Below are positions 1 to 11,000 of a stretch of DNA of 44,160 nt, one piece after another. The translations under genes were made by a program, and so were the position numbers. Positions within the stretch are counted from its first letter, which is position 1. Every line of letters begins with the position of its first letter. The notes under the pieces were generated by a model. It was given only the letters and a program-made list of their open reading frames with translations. It was not told where the DNA came from and did no database searches. This stretch comes from Promethearchaeota archaeon. GTDB taxonomy: Archaea; Asgardarchaeota; Lokiarchaeia; Sigyniarchaeales; SOKP01. Where the stretch lies: positions 1 through 44,160 of the forward strand of contig JAEOTA010000015.1 in the NCBI GenBank assembly GCA_016840085.1, read 5' to 3'.

Positions 1-233
1 AAGTGATTTAACTCCAGATGTTTTAAACGAATATGGAGATATATTATTTACATGCATGTATTAATATAATCACTTCTTTCTAATAAATTTAACGATATAT
101 AATCTAATAATCAGAATTTATAAAAATGATACTTTAAAATATCAAATAAGATTTAAAAATGAATAGAATAATTCACAGCTCATTAGGATTCAGACTTCAA
201 AATCCTTTGATACTGTTTAATTTTTAATATTTA

Positions 234-455
234 TTAATTATTTTCAGAATTCTCTTCCAGAAATTTTATATCTTCAACGTTTAATAGCATATCACCATCT
301 TGTTCAGCCTGGTTAATGTAAAGATGGAGCCAATAATATTGATTATTAGATAAGCATTTTTTTAAGTTGTAATGGAGCAGGAACGACGCGAAGAATTCAT
401 GGCTTTTGGCGAACGCTACGAGCCACTGGATTTCTTTCTCGGTTAATCCCATCAT
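234..455 (-). CDS. Small hypothetical protein, possibly truncated
   Basis: 73-aa ORF with protein-like composition just downstream of the kinase gene; no motif recognised. Confidence 0.45.
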   Translation of the reverse strand: MMGLTEKEIQWLVAFAKSHEFFASFLLHYNLKKCLSNNQYYWLHLYINQAEQDGDMLLNVEDIKFLEENSENN

Positions 456-494
456 CGTTTAATAAATAAGATATATTGATATTAAATTCTATAC

Positions 495-1163
495 CTAAAA
501 ATATTCTCGAAAATTTAGGACATCTAAAATTTCTTCTGCGATCGTTTTGGGATCATTTATGCTGGTATCAACAAAATAATCTATAGGTCCTTTAGAAACA
601 GCTTCTAAAAAAATATTTCGTTGATCTAATATAAACTGAATTGTTGTTTCATTATGTCCTTTATCCTTCAAGCGTTCAGCTAAGACATTAGGAGGTGTAT
701 CTAAGATAACCTGAAAAGTTTTTATTCCGGGTAATTCCTTTTGAAGTATTTCAGAGTCTGGATACCATTTAATCTCCTCTGGGTTTTCTAGCAAATGAAA
801 GGTTTCTGAGGATTCACCTCCATTTAACCCAGAAATAAGTGGAATAAAACCTGCCTCTAAAAAATTTCTAGCGAGAGCAAAACTATTTTTATCGCCTAGA
901 CGGCATTGACGAAAATATTCTCCTTGATAATCAAAGGGTTTTAATTCACTCCATGAGGCGACTCTTCCCCCAAAAATCATATATCTTAAATCATCTATAT
1001 CAATATTAGCCGAAAAGGGGATTTTTTTTACTAATGCATCCGCTATTGTAGTTTTTCCAACTCCAGACCCCCCCCTGAGAAATAGCGCAACCCCCTTTTT
1101 TATACCAAATTTTAAATTACTCATTTTCTTATGAACCTCTACATTGAGTCTCTTTTTTTGCAA
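495..1163 (-). CDS. P-loop small-molecule kinase (AAA_33 / chloramphenicol-phosphotransferase-like fold)
   Basis: Walker A GGSGVGKT followed by IDIDDLR, a lid-like segment (LAERL) and C-terminal VDTS. Likely true start is ATG at 1124 (GAGGT SD upstream). Confidence 0.75.
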   Translation of the reverse strand: MQKKRLNVEVHKKMSNLKFGIKKGVALFLRGGSGVGKTTIADALVKKIPFSANIDIDDLRYMIFGGRVASWSELKPFDYQGEYFRQCRLGDKNSFALARNFLEAGFIPLISGLNGGESSETFHLLENPEEIKWYPDSEILQKELPGIKTFQVILDTPPNVLAERLKDKGHNETTIQFILDQRNIFLEAVSKGPIDYFVDTSINDPKTIAEEILDVLNFREYF

Positions 1164-2892
1164 TTATTAAAGAGATACTACTTTTTCCCTGTTTAATTTG
1201 GGAAATTTTAAATTTGCCTTTTTTTAGAAGACTTTGAAATTCTTTAAGTGTTCTTTCTTTTCCACCTGTACACACAAGCAAATTAAAATTAAGGGTTATA
1301 CCAACATCATAATTAGAATCTTCTGGAACAATTATTTCAAATAAAATTAGTGTTCCATTTTCATTTAATGATAGATTTATATTTTTTAATATCGTCAGCA
1401 CTTTGGAGTCATCCCAATCATGAAGAACACGACTCATTACAATAGCATCTACTTTTATGGGTATTTCATTAAGAAAGTCTCCTGAGATGAATTTAATTTT
1501 AGATTTGATTTTATCATCTTTTATTGAGTTTTGAGCATTTTCGATAATTGTAGGTAAATCAAATAAGAATGCTTCTTCAATATGATCATTTTTAATTAAG
1601 ATTTTCTCCAAGAGAGGTCCAGATCCACCTCCGACATCCATAATAGTCTTTGTTTCATTAAAGTCATGTAGTAAAAGTAAATCATCATAATCTACACCGT
1701 ATTCTTTCATAGCTTTATGAAAAATCACACCCTTATCTTTATTCTTGTTGAAGTATTGAAAAACATCCGAATCATAAATATTTTTAAACTGAGATTTATA
1801 GGATTTTAAAGCGTCACATAATCTAGACATTACGATATAGTGTTCATCACCCCACATTAATGTAGCATATTTAAGACTTCTTGGATGACTTTCAGTTAAG
1901 AGATCACCAATGTAATTTACTTTAAATATTCCATTGAACTCAGTAATGAAATTCCATACCTTTAATAGTTTAATTATCATGTCTAAGGAATTATTAGGTA
2001 TTCCTAAGTATTCATTTAGTTTTTGAAAAGTGTTATATCCCTTTTTTATAGCTTCCAAGACTTCTAATTTAACTATAGAGTATAGAATTTGAGTAACCCA
2101 ATAACCAACCAGTTTTGCCATTAGGTTTTTTCTTGAAGAAATTTTTATCAAATTTGAATTTTCATCAACAACAGTATGAAAGATTTTACCATCCTCATTA
2201 ATTATAAATTTTTGATTAAAATTATCACACACAAAAGCAAAACCATTGTAAAACGGCTCAACCCACTTGTATTTCTGTTTATATAGTGGTTCTCCTGCTT
2301 TATTTATGTGAAATGCACCACGGTTATCTTTTACAATAGCATATCCTTTGTGAAATACACCCAATTCTTGGAAAGTCTTATCATTAATGAAATATCCCTC
2401 TTTATCGATATGTCTTGCATATCCATTGGAATCATAAACTACAGCAATTCCATACTTAAAATCTCCTACATATTTATATCGATCATTATAAGCAGAATTC
2501 CCATCTGTCTTAATATGAAAATAATTGCCATCTTTATCTCTAACCACACATCTTTCCTCTTGAAAATTGCCAACCCATTTAAATCTTTCTCCATATAATG
2601 GTTCTCCTTCCAAGTTTATATGATACCATCCAGAATCATCCATAACTGCCGCGATTTTCTCATAAAATCCAAAAGTTTTCAGAAATCTTTTATTATAAAT
2701 TGATTCTCCATTAAGATCGATATGGTAAGAGCCTGACTCATCCATTACCGCAGCTACACCTGGAGAGTGGAAACTCATGACTGATTTAAATCTTTTCTGA
2801 TACAATGGTTTTCCACTATAAAGATGGTGAGTTTCATCCATTGAAAGGCTGATTTTATCTAAATTTATTTCATTATTAGTTATAACATTCAA
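1129..2892 (-). CDS. WG-repeat protein fused to a class I SAM-dependent O-methyltransferase
   Basis: N-terminal ~35-aa repeats (F..G.A.V.D..G.YHI...G) typical of WG repeats. C-terminal dimerisation helices plus MDVGGGSG, FDLP, GDF, SRVLHDW and GGKERT motifs of the methyltransferase_2 family. Confidence 0.85.
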   Translation of the reverse strand: MNVITNNEINLDKISLSMDETHHLYSGKPLYQKRFKSVMSFHSPGVAAVMDESGSYHIDLNGESIYNKRFLKTFGFYEKIAAVMDDSGWYHINLEGEPLYGERFKWVGNFQEERCVVRDKDGNYFHIKTDGNSAYNDRYKYVGDFKYGIAVVYDSNGYARHIDKEGYFINDKTFQELGVFHKGYAIVKDNRGAFHINKAGEPLYKQKYKWVEPFYNGFAFVCDNFNQKFIINEDGKIFHTVVDENSNLIKISSRKNLMAKLVGYWVTQILYSIVKLEVLEAIKKGYNTFQKLNEYLGIPNNSLDMIIKLLKVWNFITEFNGIFKVNYIGDLLTESHPRSLKYATLMWGDEHYIVMSRLCDALKSYKSQFKNIYDSDVFQYFNKNKDKGVIFHKAMKEYGVDYDDLLLLHDFNETKTIMDVGGGSGPLLEKILIKNDHIEEAFLFDLPTIIENAQNSIKDDKIKSKIKFISGDFLNEIPIKVDAIVMSRVLHDWDDSKVLTILKNINLSLNENGTLILFEIIVPEDSNYDVGITLNFNLLVCTGGKERTLKEFQSLLKKGKFKISQIKQGKSSISLIIAKKETQCRGS

Positions 2893-2893
2893 T

Positions 2894-3934
2894 TTAACAC
2901 GCCTTTATATCTTGTATTGGTTTTCTCATATTACACATTCGACAAACTTCATAATTTCCCCAATTTTTGATTAAATTAGTATAGTTTGAGCTAGTCCATA
3001 ATTCCATGAAATTCTTATCTTTCACATTTCCAAAATTACCAAGTGTTCTTCTTAAGTCATCTGGAGCACAGCACACATTAAATATTCCATCCCAAGCAAT
3101 CCAAGCTTCTCTACCTAAGAAGGGGCAAATAAAATTCTTTGGGATTTTATTATTTTTAGTAGAATAGGGAAAGGGGTAAATATTATCAAGTATAATCTTT
3201 CTATTATTTTCTAATCTTTCATTCCGGGTGATTTTATACAGTTCTTTAGCAATCTTATTCCATTGCTTTATTGAGGCCCAATCATTTCTTAGTGATTCAT
3301 TTTCTAATTCAGGATGAGTAATCCAGAGATGATGCCCTTTAAAACGATCAATATTCATCTTTATAGCCATCCTAACAAGTTCTGGTATTTCATTAATATT
3401 TCTTTTCATAAATGTAGACTGGAAGGTTATAGTAGGATTATTTACGCCTTTTCTTCTAATTTCATCCCGAATTTGAATGAATTTCTTAATGTTTGTAATT
3501 TGCTTTTTGAAGTTAATTCCTTTCATAATTGATTCATTTGTTTCTTTAGAAATGCCATTAATGGAAATTTTAACATCACTAGCAATAGGTAAAATTAATT
3601 TCGCCCATTCTTTAACTCCTAATCGTGGAAAAGTACCGTTTGTTGTTAAATTGAGTTTAAGGTTATGATGCTTAATCAGATTTATCAGATCTATAAAATT
3701 TTTATATAAAAGTGGTTCACCCATAGTACTTGGTATAATCTCTTTTAAACCATGATTTACAGCATTTTCGACAACTTCTTCGATAATTTTAAAATCCATA
3801 ATTCTATTTATCTTCCTTTTGCCAAGATTATAATAGCTGTGTTCTTCGCACATGATACAATGAATATTGCACTGATCTGGATTTGTATCAAATGTAATTC
3901 GCCAAGGGGTTTTTAACTTTTTTTCAATGATCAA
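2894..3934 (-). CDS. Radical SAM protein with C-terminal SPASM/twitch-type domain
   Basis: CNIHCIMC (CxxxCxxC), MGEP and TTNG motifs; C-terminal CPF...GIFNVCC...GN...ELW...CRMC. Confidence 0.9.
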   Translation of the reverse strand: MIIEKKLKTPWRITFDTNPDQCNIHCIMCEEHSYYNLGKRKINRIMDFKIIEEVVENAVNHGLKEIIPSTMGEPLLYKNFIDLINLIKHHNLKLNLTTNGTFPRLGVKEWAKLILPIASDVKISINGISKETNESIMKGINFKKQITNIKKFIQIRDEIRRKGVNNPTITFQSTFMKRNINEIPELVRMAIKMNIDRFKGHHLWITHPELENESLRNDWASIKQWNKIAKELYKITRNERLENNRKIILDNIYPFPYSTKNNKIPKNFICPFLGREAWIAWDGIFNVCCAPDDLRRTLGNFGNVKDKNFMELWTSSNYTNLIKNWGNYEVCRMCNMRKPIQDIKAC

Positions 3935-5201
3935 TCATCAATCCCTCTTTTTTTCTTAAGAGTTTAACATATAATTTCTCTATTTCCTCGACATCTTCCC
4001 GTATTGATCGCACATAAGTCTCTTGTGAATATCTTTCTATAAGATTCGGATTCTCGATGAATAAATTCATTTTTACTATCAAATCTTCAACATTTCCAGG
4101 TTCAAATAATAAACCATTTTTCTCATGGGTAACTAACTCAGCCATGCCTCCTAAATTACTCGTGATGACAGGAATTTTAGCTAAAAATGCTTCATGTATG
4201 ACTAAGGGTGAATTTTCATACCAAATAGAGGGGACAACCAAGACATCGATATTGGATAAAACTTTACCTATATCATTATAATTATACCCTCCCTTGAAGT
4301 TAATTGCAGTATTTAAACACCGATTTTTAAGATACATTGATGAACTTGGTAATTTTCCATAAATATTCAACTCCGCTTTTGAATGATCAACTTCATTGAA
4401 TGCAATTATTAATAAGGAGATCCCCTTAACAGGGATAATTCTTCCTAAAAAGCCAAATCTAATTTTCCTAGAAGGAAACTTCTTAACTCCATTTATAATT
4501 TCTTTGTCGAATCCATAATCCATATGGACTACTTTGTCTTCTGGGAAACCATAATTTATGTACAATTTTCTAAGGAACTTAGATGGAGCAATAAATAAAT
4601 CCACTTTATTATTTACTTTTGCCAGCATTTCTATCCAGAGTTGAATCTCATGATCAGCTTCTACTTCTGAAGTAAAATATTTTGCATTACATTCCATGCA
4701 TTTATCTTTATTTGGACCAGTGCATAGAGTAAAATCATCCCTTATTAATTGCCCCCTGATACACATCATCCAAAAGTCATGTAAAGTAAAAATAATAGGA
4801 ATTTGATATTCCTTAATTATATCAATGATAAGAGTTGTTAAATGACTTAAGTGATTGATATGAACAATATCGGGGTTTAATTTTTCAAACTGTTTCCTGA
4901 AAATTTCTGCTATTCTAAAATCTTGATATTTACTTCTAAAAGTATAATCTCTCCCTGGCTTATTGACTCTTATAATTTTAATCCCATTTTCAACGGTTTC
5001 AGATACTTTATAATATTTTTCGAACTCATCCTCTATACGAGTAAAAATTATAACTTCATGTTCTTTAGAAAGTTCAATGCATTTATTGAATGTATAAACC
5101 TCAGAACCAGCCATATAATATGGAGGAAATCCATGAATAATGACTAAGATTTTTAGTTTCGTTTTAACTTTTTTTGCCTTTTGGTATAAATTATAATCCA
5201 T
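3924..5201 (-). CDS. GT4-family (GT-B) glycosyltransferase
   Basis: HGFPP..AGSE, DIVHINH, TLHD, GRIIPVKG and VVPSIWYENSPLVIHEA (ExxxxxxxE) motifs. Stop overlaps the rSAM start. Confidence 0.92.
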   Translation of the reverse strand: MDYNLYQKAKKVKTKLKILVIIHGFPPYYMAGSEVYTFNKCIELSKEHEVIIFTRIEDEFEKYYKVSETVENGIKIIRVNKPGRDYTFRSKYQDFRIAEIFRKQFEKLNPDIVHINHLSHLTTLIIDIIKEYQIPIIFTLHDFWMMCIRGQLIRDDFTLCTGPNKDKCMECNAKYFTSEVEADHEIQLWIEMLAKVNNKVDLFIAPSKFLRKLYINYGFPEDKVVHMDYGFDKEIINGVKKFPSRKIRFGFLGRIIPVKGISLLIIAFNEVDHSKAELNIYGKLPSSSMYLKNRCLNTAINFKGGYNYNDIGKVLSNIDVLVVPSIWYENSPLVIHEAFLAKIPVITSNLGGMAELVTHEKNGLLFEPGNVEDLIVKMNLFIENPNLIERYSQETYVRSIREDVEEIEKLYVKLLRKKEGLMIDH

Positions 5202-5219
5202 AACATGTCATCTCCTTAA

Positions 5220-5278
5220 GAACTTATTCAATTGATGTCAATCAAGGGTAAAGAGTAGTCCCTTCTTGGAATAAGTTC
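5220..5278 (-). promoter_or_regulatory. Structured 5' leader (three-way junction) directly upstream of the GT4 operon SD
   Basis: Perfect 10-bp stem GAACUUAUUC/GAAUAAGUUC (5278-5269 with 5229-5220) encloses hairpins AAGGG/CCCUU and GAUUG/CAAUU. It ends just before the AAGGAGA SD. Confidence 0.55.
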
Positions 5279-5362
5279 ATTTGGATTGTTATAATATTAA
5301 TATTACAATAGAGTTAATAATATTTTTCTATGGTCTTTTATCTTTTAGTCGTTGTAAAGGTT

Positions 5363-5500
5363 CTACACATTTAACTTTTTAAATCTTTCCGCGTCTAATC
5401 GCTCATTACACAACTCATCGCATCGCTGTATATAAGGATTGCTCCTGCCAACATGAAAAAACTCCACCTTTTCCTATATCTCACAGAGTTGATATATCAA
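5363..5500 (-). pseudogene. 3' remnant of a ribonuclease HI-like gene (copy A)
   Basis: Translates to LIYQLCEI*EKVEFFHVGRSNPYIQRCDELCNERLDAERFKKLNV*, matching the RNase HI C-terminal pattern (..F.HV.R..N..AD.LAN..LD). Internal TAG, no start. 87/97 nt identical to copy B. Confidence 0.7.
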
Positions 5501-5519
5501 ATTTTATATTAATAACATT

Positions 5520-7055
5520 CTAAATAACGAATTTTTGCTCTTCTTTTAATTGGATAACATTGTCAAAATTCTCTTTAAACCAAGTAGGGTTTTCAGTATG
5601 AACTGGAATAATGTACTCGGGGTCAATAGTTTCGATTGCCCACAATAAATCGCTTTTTGATGCGTGTCCAGATGCGTGAAATCCTTTTGTAAATTCAGGC
5701 TTCACTCGTCCTCTTTCATTTAGAATTTCGAATCCATAGACATTGAATCCGAAGTGTTTGAGCCAATTGTTTAATCGTATAAAGTCAAATTCCGATTCTT
5801 CTTCGAAAGCTTCACTTGAGGAGTAGATATAAGTTCCATCTTGGGGTTTTATATCGAGCAAATGTTTAATCTCATAAAATGAGAAACATAATATGTATTT
5901 ATCAGGAGCTTTTGAAATCTCAGTGGGATCTATATAATTAACCTGGTTTTTCAAGAAGTTTTCTTCCCAATAATTCTTACCGGACTTATATTCACCATAC
6001 ACTAAGATATCACTCGTTCTATCAACTTTATCGACTTGTTCAAGAGATTTTAGTAAATAAGCTTGTTTTGCGGGAATCACGATGTTTCGACCAACTTTCG
6101 AACCAATTTTTTTAAATCCTTCAAGTCTTTCGAAGTTTCTTGCGGAAAAATCAGCAACAACAATTCCTTTTGCCTCTTCAATAATCTTAAGGCAATTTTC
6201 ATAGACAATTTCCTCTGATTCCTCGGTATCTTCTCTTGAGGCTCTTGTTCCTTCGATAATTAGTACAGATGCATCTTTAGCATTATTGATAAATTTTTTA
6301 CTTTTATCAGCATTTTTTCCATGAAGGCGAAAATCACCCGTATAAGCAATCGTAAGATCACTAGAAAGTAGATATCCTGTTGCGCCGAAAATCGAATGAT
6401 CTACTGGAAAGCATTTAATTTCGAATTGAGTTGGATTATTTGTTAAATCGCATAAATCACTGCATTCTAGTGTTTTCATGGTTCCATCTTTCTCAGGGGC
6501 ATTTTTTATATTTGTTGTCATAAACCATTCAAAAGTATCTGGATATTCTTGTGAGCAAACAATGTTGCGGGTTTGGTAAGCACCACTTATTGCTTTTATT
6601 GTTTTATCGGATAATCCTTTTGTTTTTTTACAAAAAAACGCAACTTCTAGTTGATGTGTAAGTCTTGAGGAGTCTGTCATTCCTTTTACTAAAGCAAAAC
6701 TAGTCGGAGAGGCGATAATTGGAATCTCAGTATTTAATAAGCCGATATTTCCATAGTGGTCCATGTGAGCATGACTTAATAAAATTGCCTCAATATTTAA
6801 AGTTGGAAAACTTGAGGTGTCAAGATCTGGTGGAATTAGTTCTTTTCGATAATTATTTAATTTTGGAATGAGATTTAAGTGAATTAGGTCATAAATACCT
6901 CTAGAAGGTCTATCTTTTAAAAATTCTTGAAAAAATTGACTATATTTTTTAAAATTCATACCAAAATCGAGGAACACACCTTTTCCATTTTCTTCGACAT
7001 AAATTTTATTTCCTCCAATGGTGTTAGCACCATCAAACACAGTTATAGACGTCAT
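5520..7055 (-). CDS. MBL-fold beta-CASP ribonuclease (RNase J-like)
   Basis: GANTIGGN, LDFG, SHAHMDH, VDHS, YTGD, HASGH and PVHTE motifs. The track ORF starts at TTG 7124; ATG 7055 (MTSITVF) is more likely. Confidence 0.88.
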   Translation of the reverse strand: MTSITVFDGANTIGGNKIYVEENGKGVFLDFGMNFKKYSQFFQEFLKDRPSRGIYDLIHLNLIPKLNNYRKELIPPDLDTSSFPTLNIEAILLSHAHMDHYGNIGLLNTEIPIIASPTSFALVKGMTDSSRLTHQLEVAFFCKKTKGLSDKTIKAISGAYQTRNIVCSQEYPDTFEWFMTTNIKNAPEKDGTMKTLECSDLCDLTNNPTQFEIKCFPVDHSIFGATGYLLSSDLTIAYTGDFRLHGKNADKSKKFINNAKDASVLIIEGTRASREDTEESEEIVYENCLKIIEEAKGIVVADFSARNFERLEGFKKIGSKVGRNIVIPAKQAYLLKSLEQVDKVDRTSDILVYGEYKSGKNYWEENFLKNQVNYIDPTEISKAPDKYILCFSFYEIKHLLDIKPQDGTYIYSSSEAFEEESEFDFIRLNNWLKHFGFNVYGFEILNERGRVKPEFTKGFHASGHASKSDLLWAIETIDPEYIIPVHTENPTWFKENFDNVIQLKEEQKFVI

Positions 7056-7179
7056 AAACTTATTCCCATGATAAACATTCATTTTGAACTTTTTAAATAT
7101 TAGTGTTTGAAAATTTTTTTTCAAAGCTTGTTCTTTTGCTATAAATCCTTTTTAACCCATTTTCGCATGCTAAACTAAC

Positions 7180-8019
7180 TTAACTCGATTTATTATAGTT
7201 CAAATTGTTTTTATCGAAATGAAGCTTCCAAAGCTTACCATTTTCATCCTCATAAATAAAACCGTCATCAGTTTCTTTAATTCGTCTGAAATCTAATCGA
7301 ATCATTTGAATTCCTTCATTTTTCGGAGTTTCTGAAATAGGTTCCAAAAACTTTTTCATTATTTCTTTTTGTTGCCTTGCGTCTTCAAAATTTGGATCAA
7401 TTTTAAGTGCTTGCTTCATGCATTTAATAGCTTCATTAAAATCTCCTAAGCAACTTAGCACTATTCCCTTTCTAAACCATGCATATTTAAACTTAGGATC
7501 AATCTGTATTGTTTCGTCATAATATGTAATAGCTTCATTTAGCTTTCCTGAAAGTTCACAAGCCATTCCTTTCGCAAATACGGCATCGATATATAAGGGG
7601 TCAATTCTAAGGGCTTTCTCATGACAGCGAATTGCTTCTTCAAATCTTCCTAAAACACCAACAGTCATTCCTTTTCTAAACCAAGCTTCTTTATTAATAG
7701 GGTTGAAGCTTAATAATTTATCGTAGTGCTCATTTGCTTTTTCATATTCTTGTAAATTATACAGAGCTATACCACTATTAAGCATAGTTTCCTCATCTTT
7801 GGGATTCAGCATGAGTATATTATTATAGCATTCAAGTGCTTCATGATATCTTCCCATTAATCCTAATGCTACAGCTTTATAATACAAGAGATCTACATCT
7901 TTAGGATTCGTTTTAAGTAATTTATTAAAACATTCAATAGCTTCAGCAAATTTACCTTGATTAATTAAATCTACTCCCATATCAAGCCATTTATCCGCAA
8001 TCTTACTGTTTTCTTCCAT
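7180..8019 (-). CDS. Tetratricopeptide repeat protein
   Basis: About six 34-aa repeats (AW..KG..L..LG.FEEAI.C..KAL.IDP). Confidence 0.92.
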   Translation of the reverse strand: MEENSKIADKWLDMGVDLINQGKFAEAIECFNKLLKTNPKDVDLLYYKAVALGLMGRYHEALECYNNILMLNPKDEETMLNSGIALYNLQEYEKANEHYDKLLSFNPINKEAWFRKGMTVGVLGRFEEAIRCHEKALRIDPLYIDAVFAKGMACELSGKLNEAITYYDETIQIDPKFKYAWFRKGIVLSCLGDFNEAIKCMKQALKIDPNFEDARQQKEIMKKFLEPISETPKNEGIQMIRLDFRRIKETDDGFIYEDENGKLWKLHFDKNNLNYNKSS

Positions 8020-8097
8020 ATTCGATCAATTTTTTTAGGGTGGATATAAAATTCAGTGATGAGAAGTAAGAATTTTAATTTTAAATATTAAAAAAAT

Positions 8098-11000
8098 TTA
8101 CAACCAACTTCTTAGTAGCTTATCATTTACTTCGATAATACCCATATCTTTGAAAAACACATTGAATGGAATAATGTTTTCTAAATCTTCTTTAGTATTA
8201 ATTAAATAGATATAAAGGTGAGCAATATATTTCATAAAACTACTTGGTTTTTCATTGTTTTTGTAATTATTATAGAACCTGTGATTATCCAAAAGATGGG
8301 TAATTGATCGGCAGAATCTTTCCTTTTCACTTAAATTCTCATCTGGTTTATAGCTAGTACTTGCTACAATCTCAGAAATTGGATGATTACTGTTAAAAAC
8401 CTCCCAAAAAATATTTGGCTCATATTCAATCCATTCAAGAGTCAATATTGAATTCTCATTAAATGGTACAAAGAAAAAATAACCATATTCTGGTACATAT
8501 TCAATCGTGGGAGGAGTCTCCAAATTAAGACTGATTTCTGGGATTTGAGTCGTCTTATTAAAATCAATTTTGATAAATTTGGTTAATATATGATGCAAAT
8601 AATTTAATTTATAACCATTAAGTTGCCAAGTTCCGATGTCTTTTGTTGGTTTAAGGATGTAACCATTCTCAGTTTGATAAGTCCACATATCTTGTTCGGT
8701 TATTAATTTAATTTCCTTGATATCTTCCAATTTTAACCATTTTATATCTTCATCTTTTATAAACGGAAAGTGTAATTTCATAATTATATCATTTGAGAAT
8801 CTTGATACTTTTACACTGTAGATTATAAACAGAATCCATAATTTTTCAGGATCATCAAACTTTTGTTCTTCAATTATCCCTTCCCACATTTTATAATATG
8901 CATTGAAAGCGAGATCCTTTAATCTTCTCCATTTAAGGTCATGACTGCTAATCCTGTAACCTGTTCTATTAAGATCAAGAGGTGCTTGTAAATCCCCTAT
9001 AACATTTAGGGTAGCTGAAGAAAATGGATATGAAAAAAGATTGCTTCCTCCTCTCTGATGTTTTGGTCTATCTCTCCCAAGTGCCCCTAACACAACTATA
9101 CCATTAAAGCATGTTCTAAAAGCTTCATCATGCTGACTTATTATCCCAATTTTATAATTGTTTTTCTCAATCTCTATTTTAGCTTCTTCATTTTGAATGG
9201 TTATAATACCATCTTTATCAGTTAAGAAAGATGTACGGATTCCACCTTCTAATTTTGGATGTATATTTTTATAATCAACTGTGTATGTCTTAATTTTTTT
9301 ATAAGACTGTTCTAATTTAGTAGGAAAAATGAAGAAATCAGGCAATAATGTTTTCTTAACTTCCAAATTAGGTACAGTAACCTCAATATTAATTGGATAA
9401 TCTGTTTTTACAAAATATTCATTTAAAATTTTTGCTAACCTTATTGTATCCCAATCTGGATGGTGATAAATCACTTTTTCTCTTTTAATAATTTCTATTT
9501 TAGTACCAACGTATTGATCCTCATCACCTTTCGCAATAGTAATGATTTCTTGAGAACCATCTATTTGAATAATAAAAGGTTCTCCATATCCCTTAGTTGG
9601 ACCAAGATCTTTACGTGTAGATACTTTAATATGATCTCCAATCATAAAACAACTAAAAAAACCAATACCCCATTTTGCAATAATATCACATTTAATTTCT
9701 TTTTCATCGAATTTCGTTTTCCAGCGATTGTAATCATAGGAATGATAATAGCTATTACCAGATACCAAAAGGAATTTGTTAATATCTTCTAAATCCATCC
9801 CAACTCCAGTATCTTTACAAATAAGTACCTCTGTTCCATCTTCTTGGAGCACATGTTTAAAATTTATTTCTAATTTGGGTTCTCTAGAATTATAATACTG
9901 AGACAGTGCTCTTCTTAGGGTTAATGCATCAATTGAGTTCTGAGCTAACTCTCGGATACACAAAGAGGGGTGATTGTAAGTATGTAGTCCCATAAAAAGA
10001 GTAATAACTTGCTCTTTATTGAGTTGTATAAAAAGGTCTCGATAAATATACTTATTATCTTTAGGTTTAATCTTGGAGCGATCAATTTTTAATGGGAGAT
10101 TTAATTTATAGTATGAGAAATTATGTGGGAAACTATTGCATTTCTCTTTGCACCGTACAATCTCTTGTTCAATAGTATCAAGAAACTTATTAATTATGTA
10201 TTGATATTTCGGTTTTTCACATTCACACTGAAAAATTATCTTATCTTGTGAAATATTTACCCCTAATACTGACAGATGCTTTTTCCACTCTTCCAAAGAT
10301 CTTGTGGATTGTATATTATCTAACAATTCAGGAGGAGTTCGTGTCCGATCAAAATCAAGAATATCTGCTAACCTTAGTATTAAGCAGAGATAGATCGAAT
10401 TAACTTGAAAGGTGCTAATTAATTCATCATGGCTGACATCAATATCATAAAGGGATTTTGTATGAGATTGACAAATTTTAGATAATGTGGGTATAATTGG
10501 GACATTATCAATGATTAAGTCTTTATTTTCTTGATAATTATTTGTGAGAAAATTTGCCGCTCTACCACCATGCGCTTCTCTCAAAAAATTAATTAAGTGA
10601 ATCTCTTCTAATAGATTAATATCACTATTGATCTCCGTCTTTTGATCTTCATCTAAATTAATTTTTTCTATTTTATTTTTTAGTTTTGCTAAATTGCTTT
10701 TATATTGGGCAAATTCATATAGGGATTTTTGAAATTCCTTTGAAGATTTCAATTGTCTAATATCATCCTCCTCCATATACATTCCAATATCATGGAAACA
10801 AGCCGACAAGATAAGAAGGAATACTTCCAAGCAATTTAGTTTTTCTAATGTCTCGTTTGGTATAATCCTTCCCATAATATCAATTACATTTAAAATATGT
10901 GTTTTATCATGAAGAGTATATTCTTTAAATATGGACTTAACCTTCTCCATAATTTGTACCGCTTCTTTGTAATATTTCATTGATATTTCGGATAGTAACT

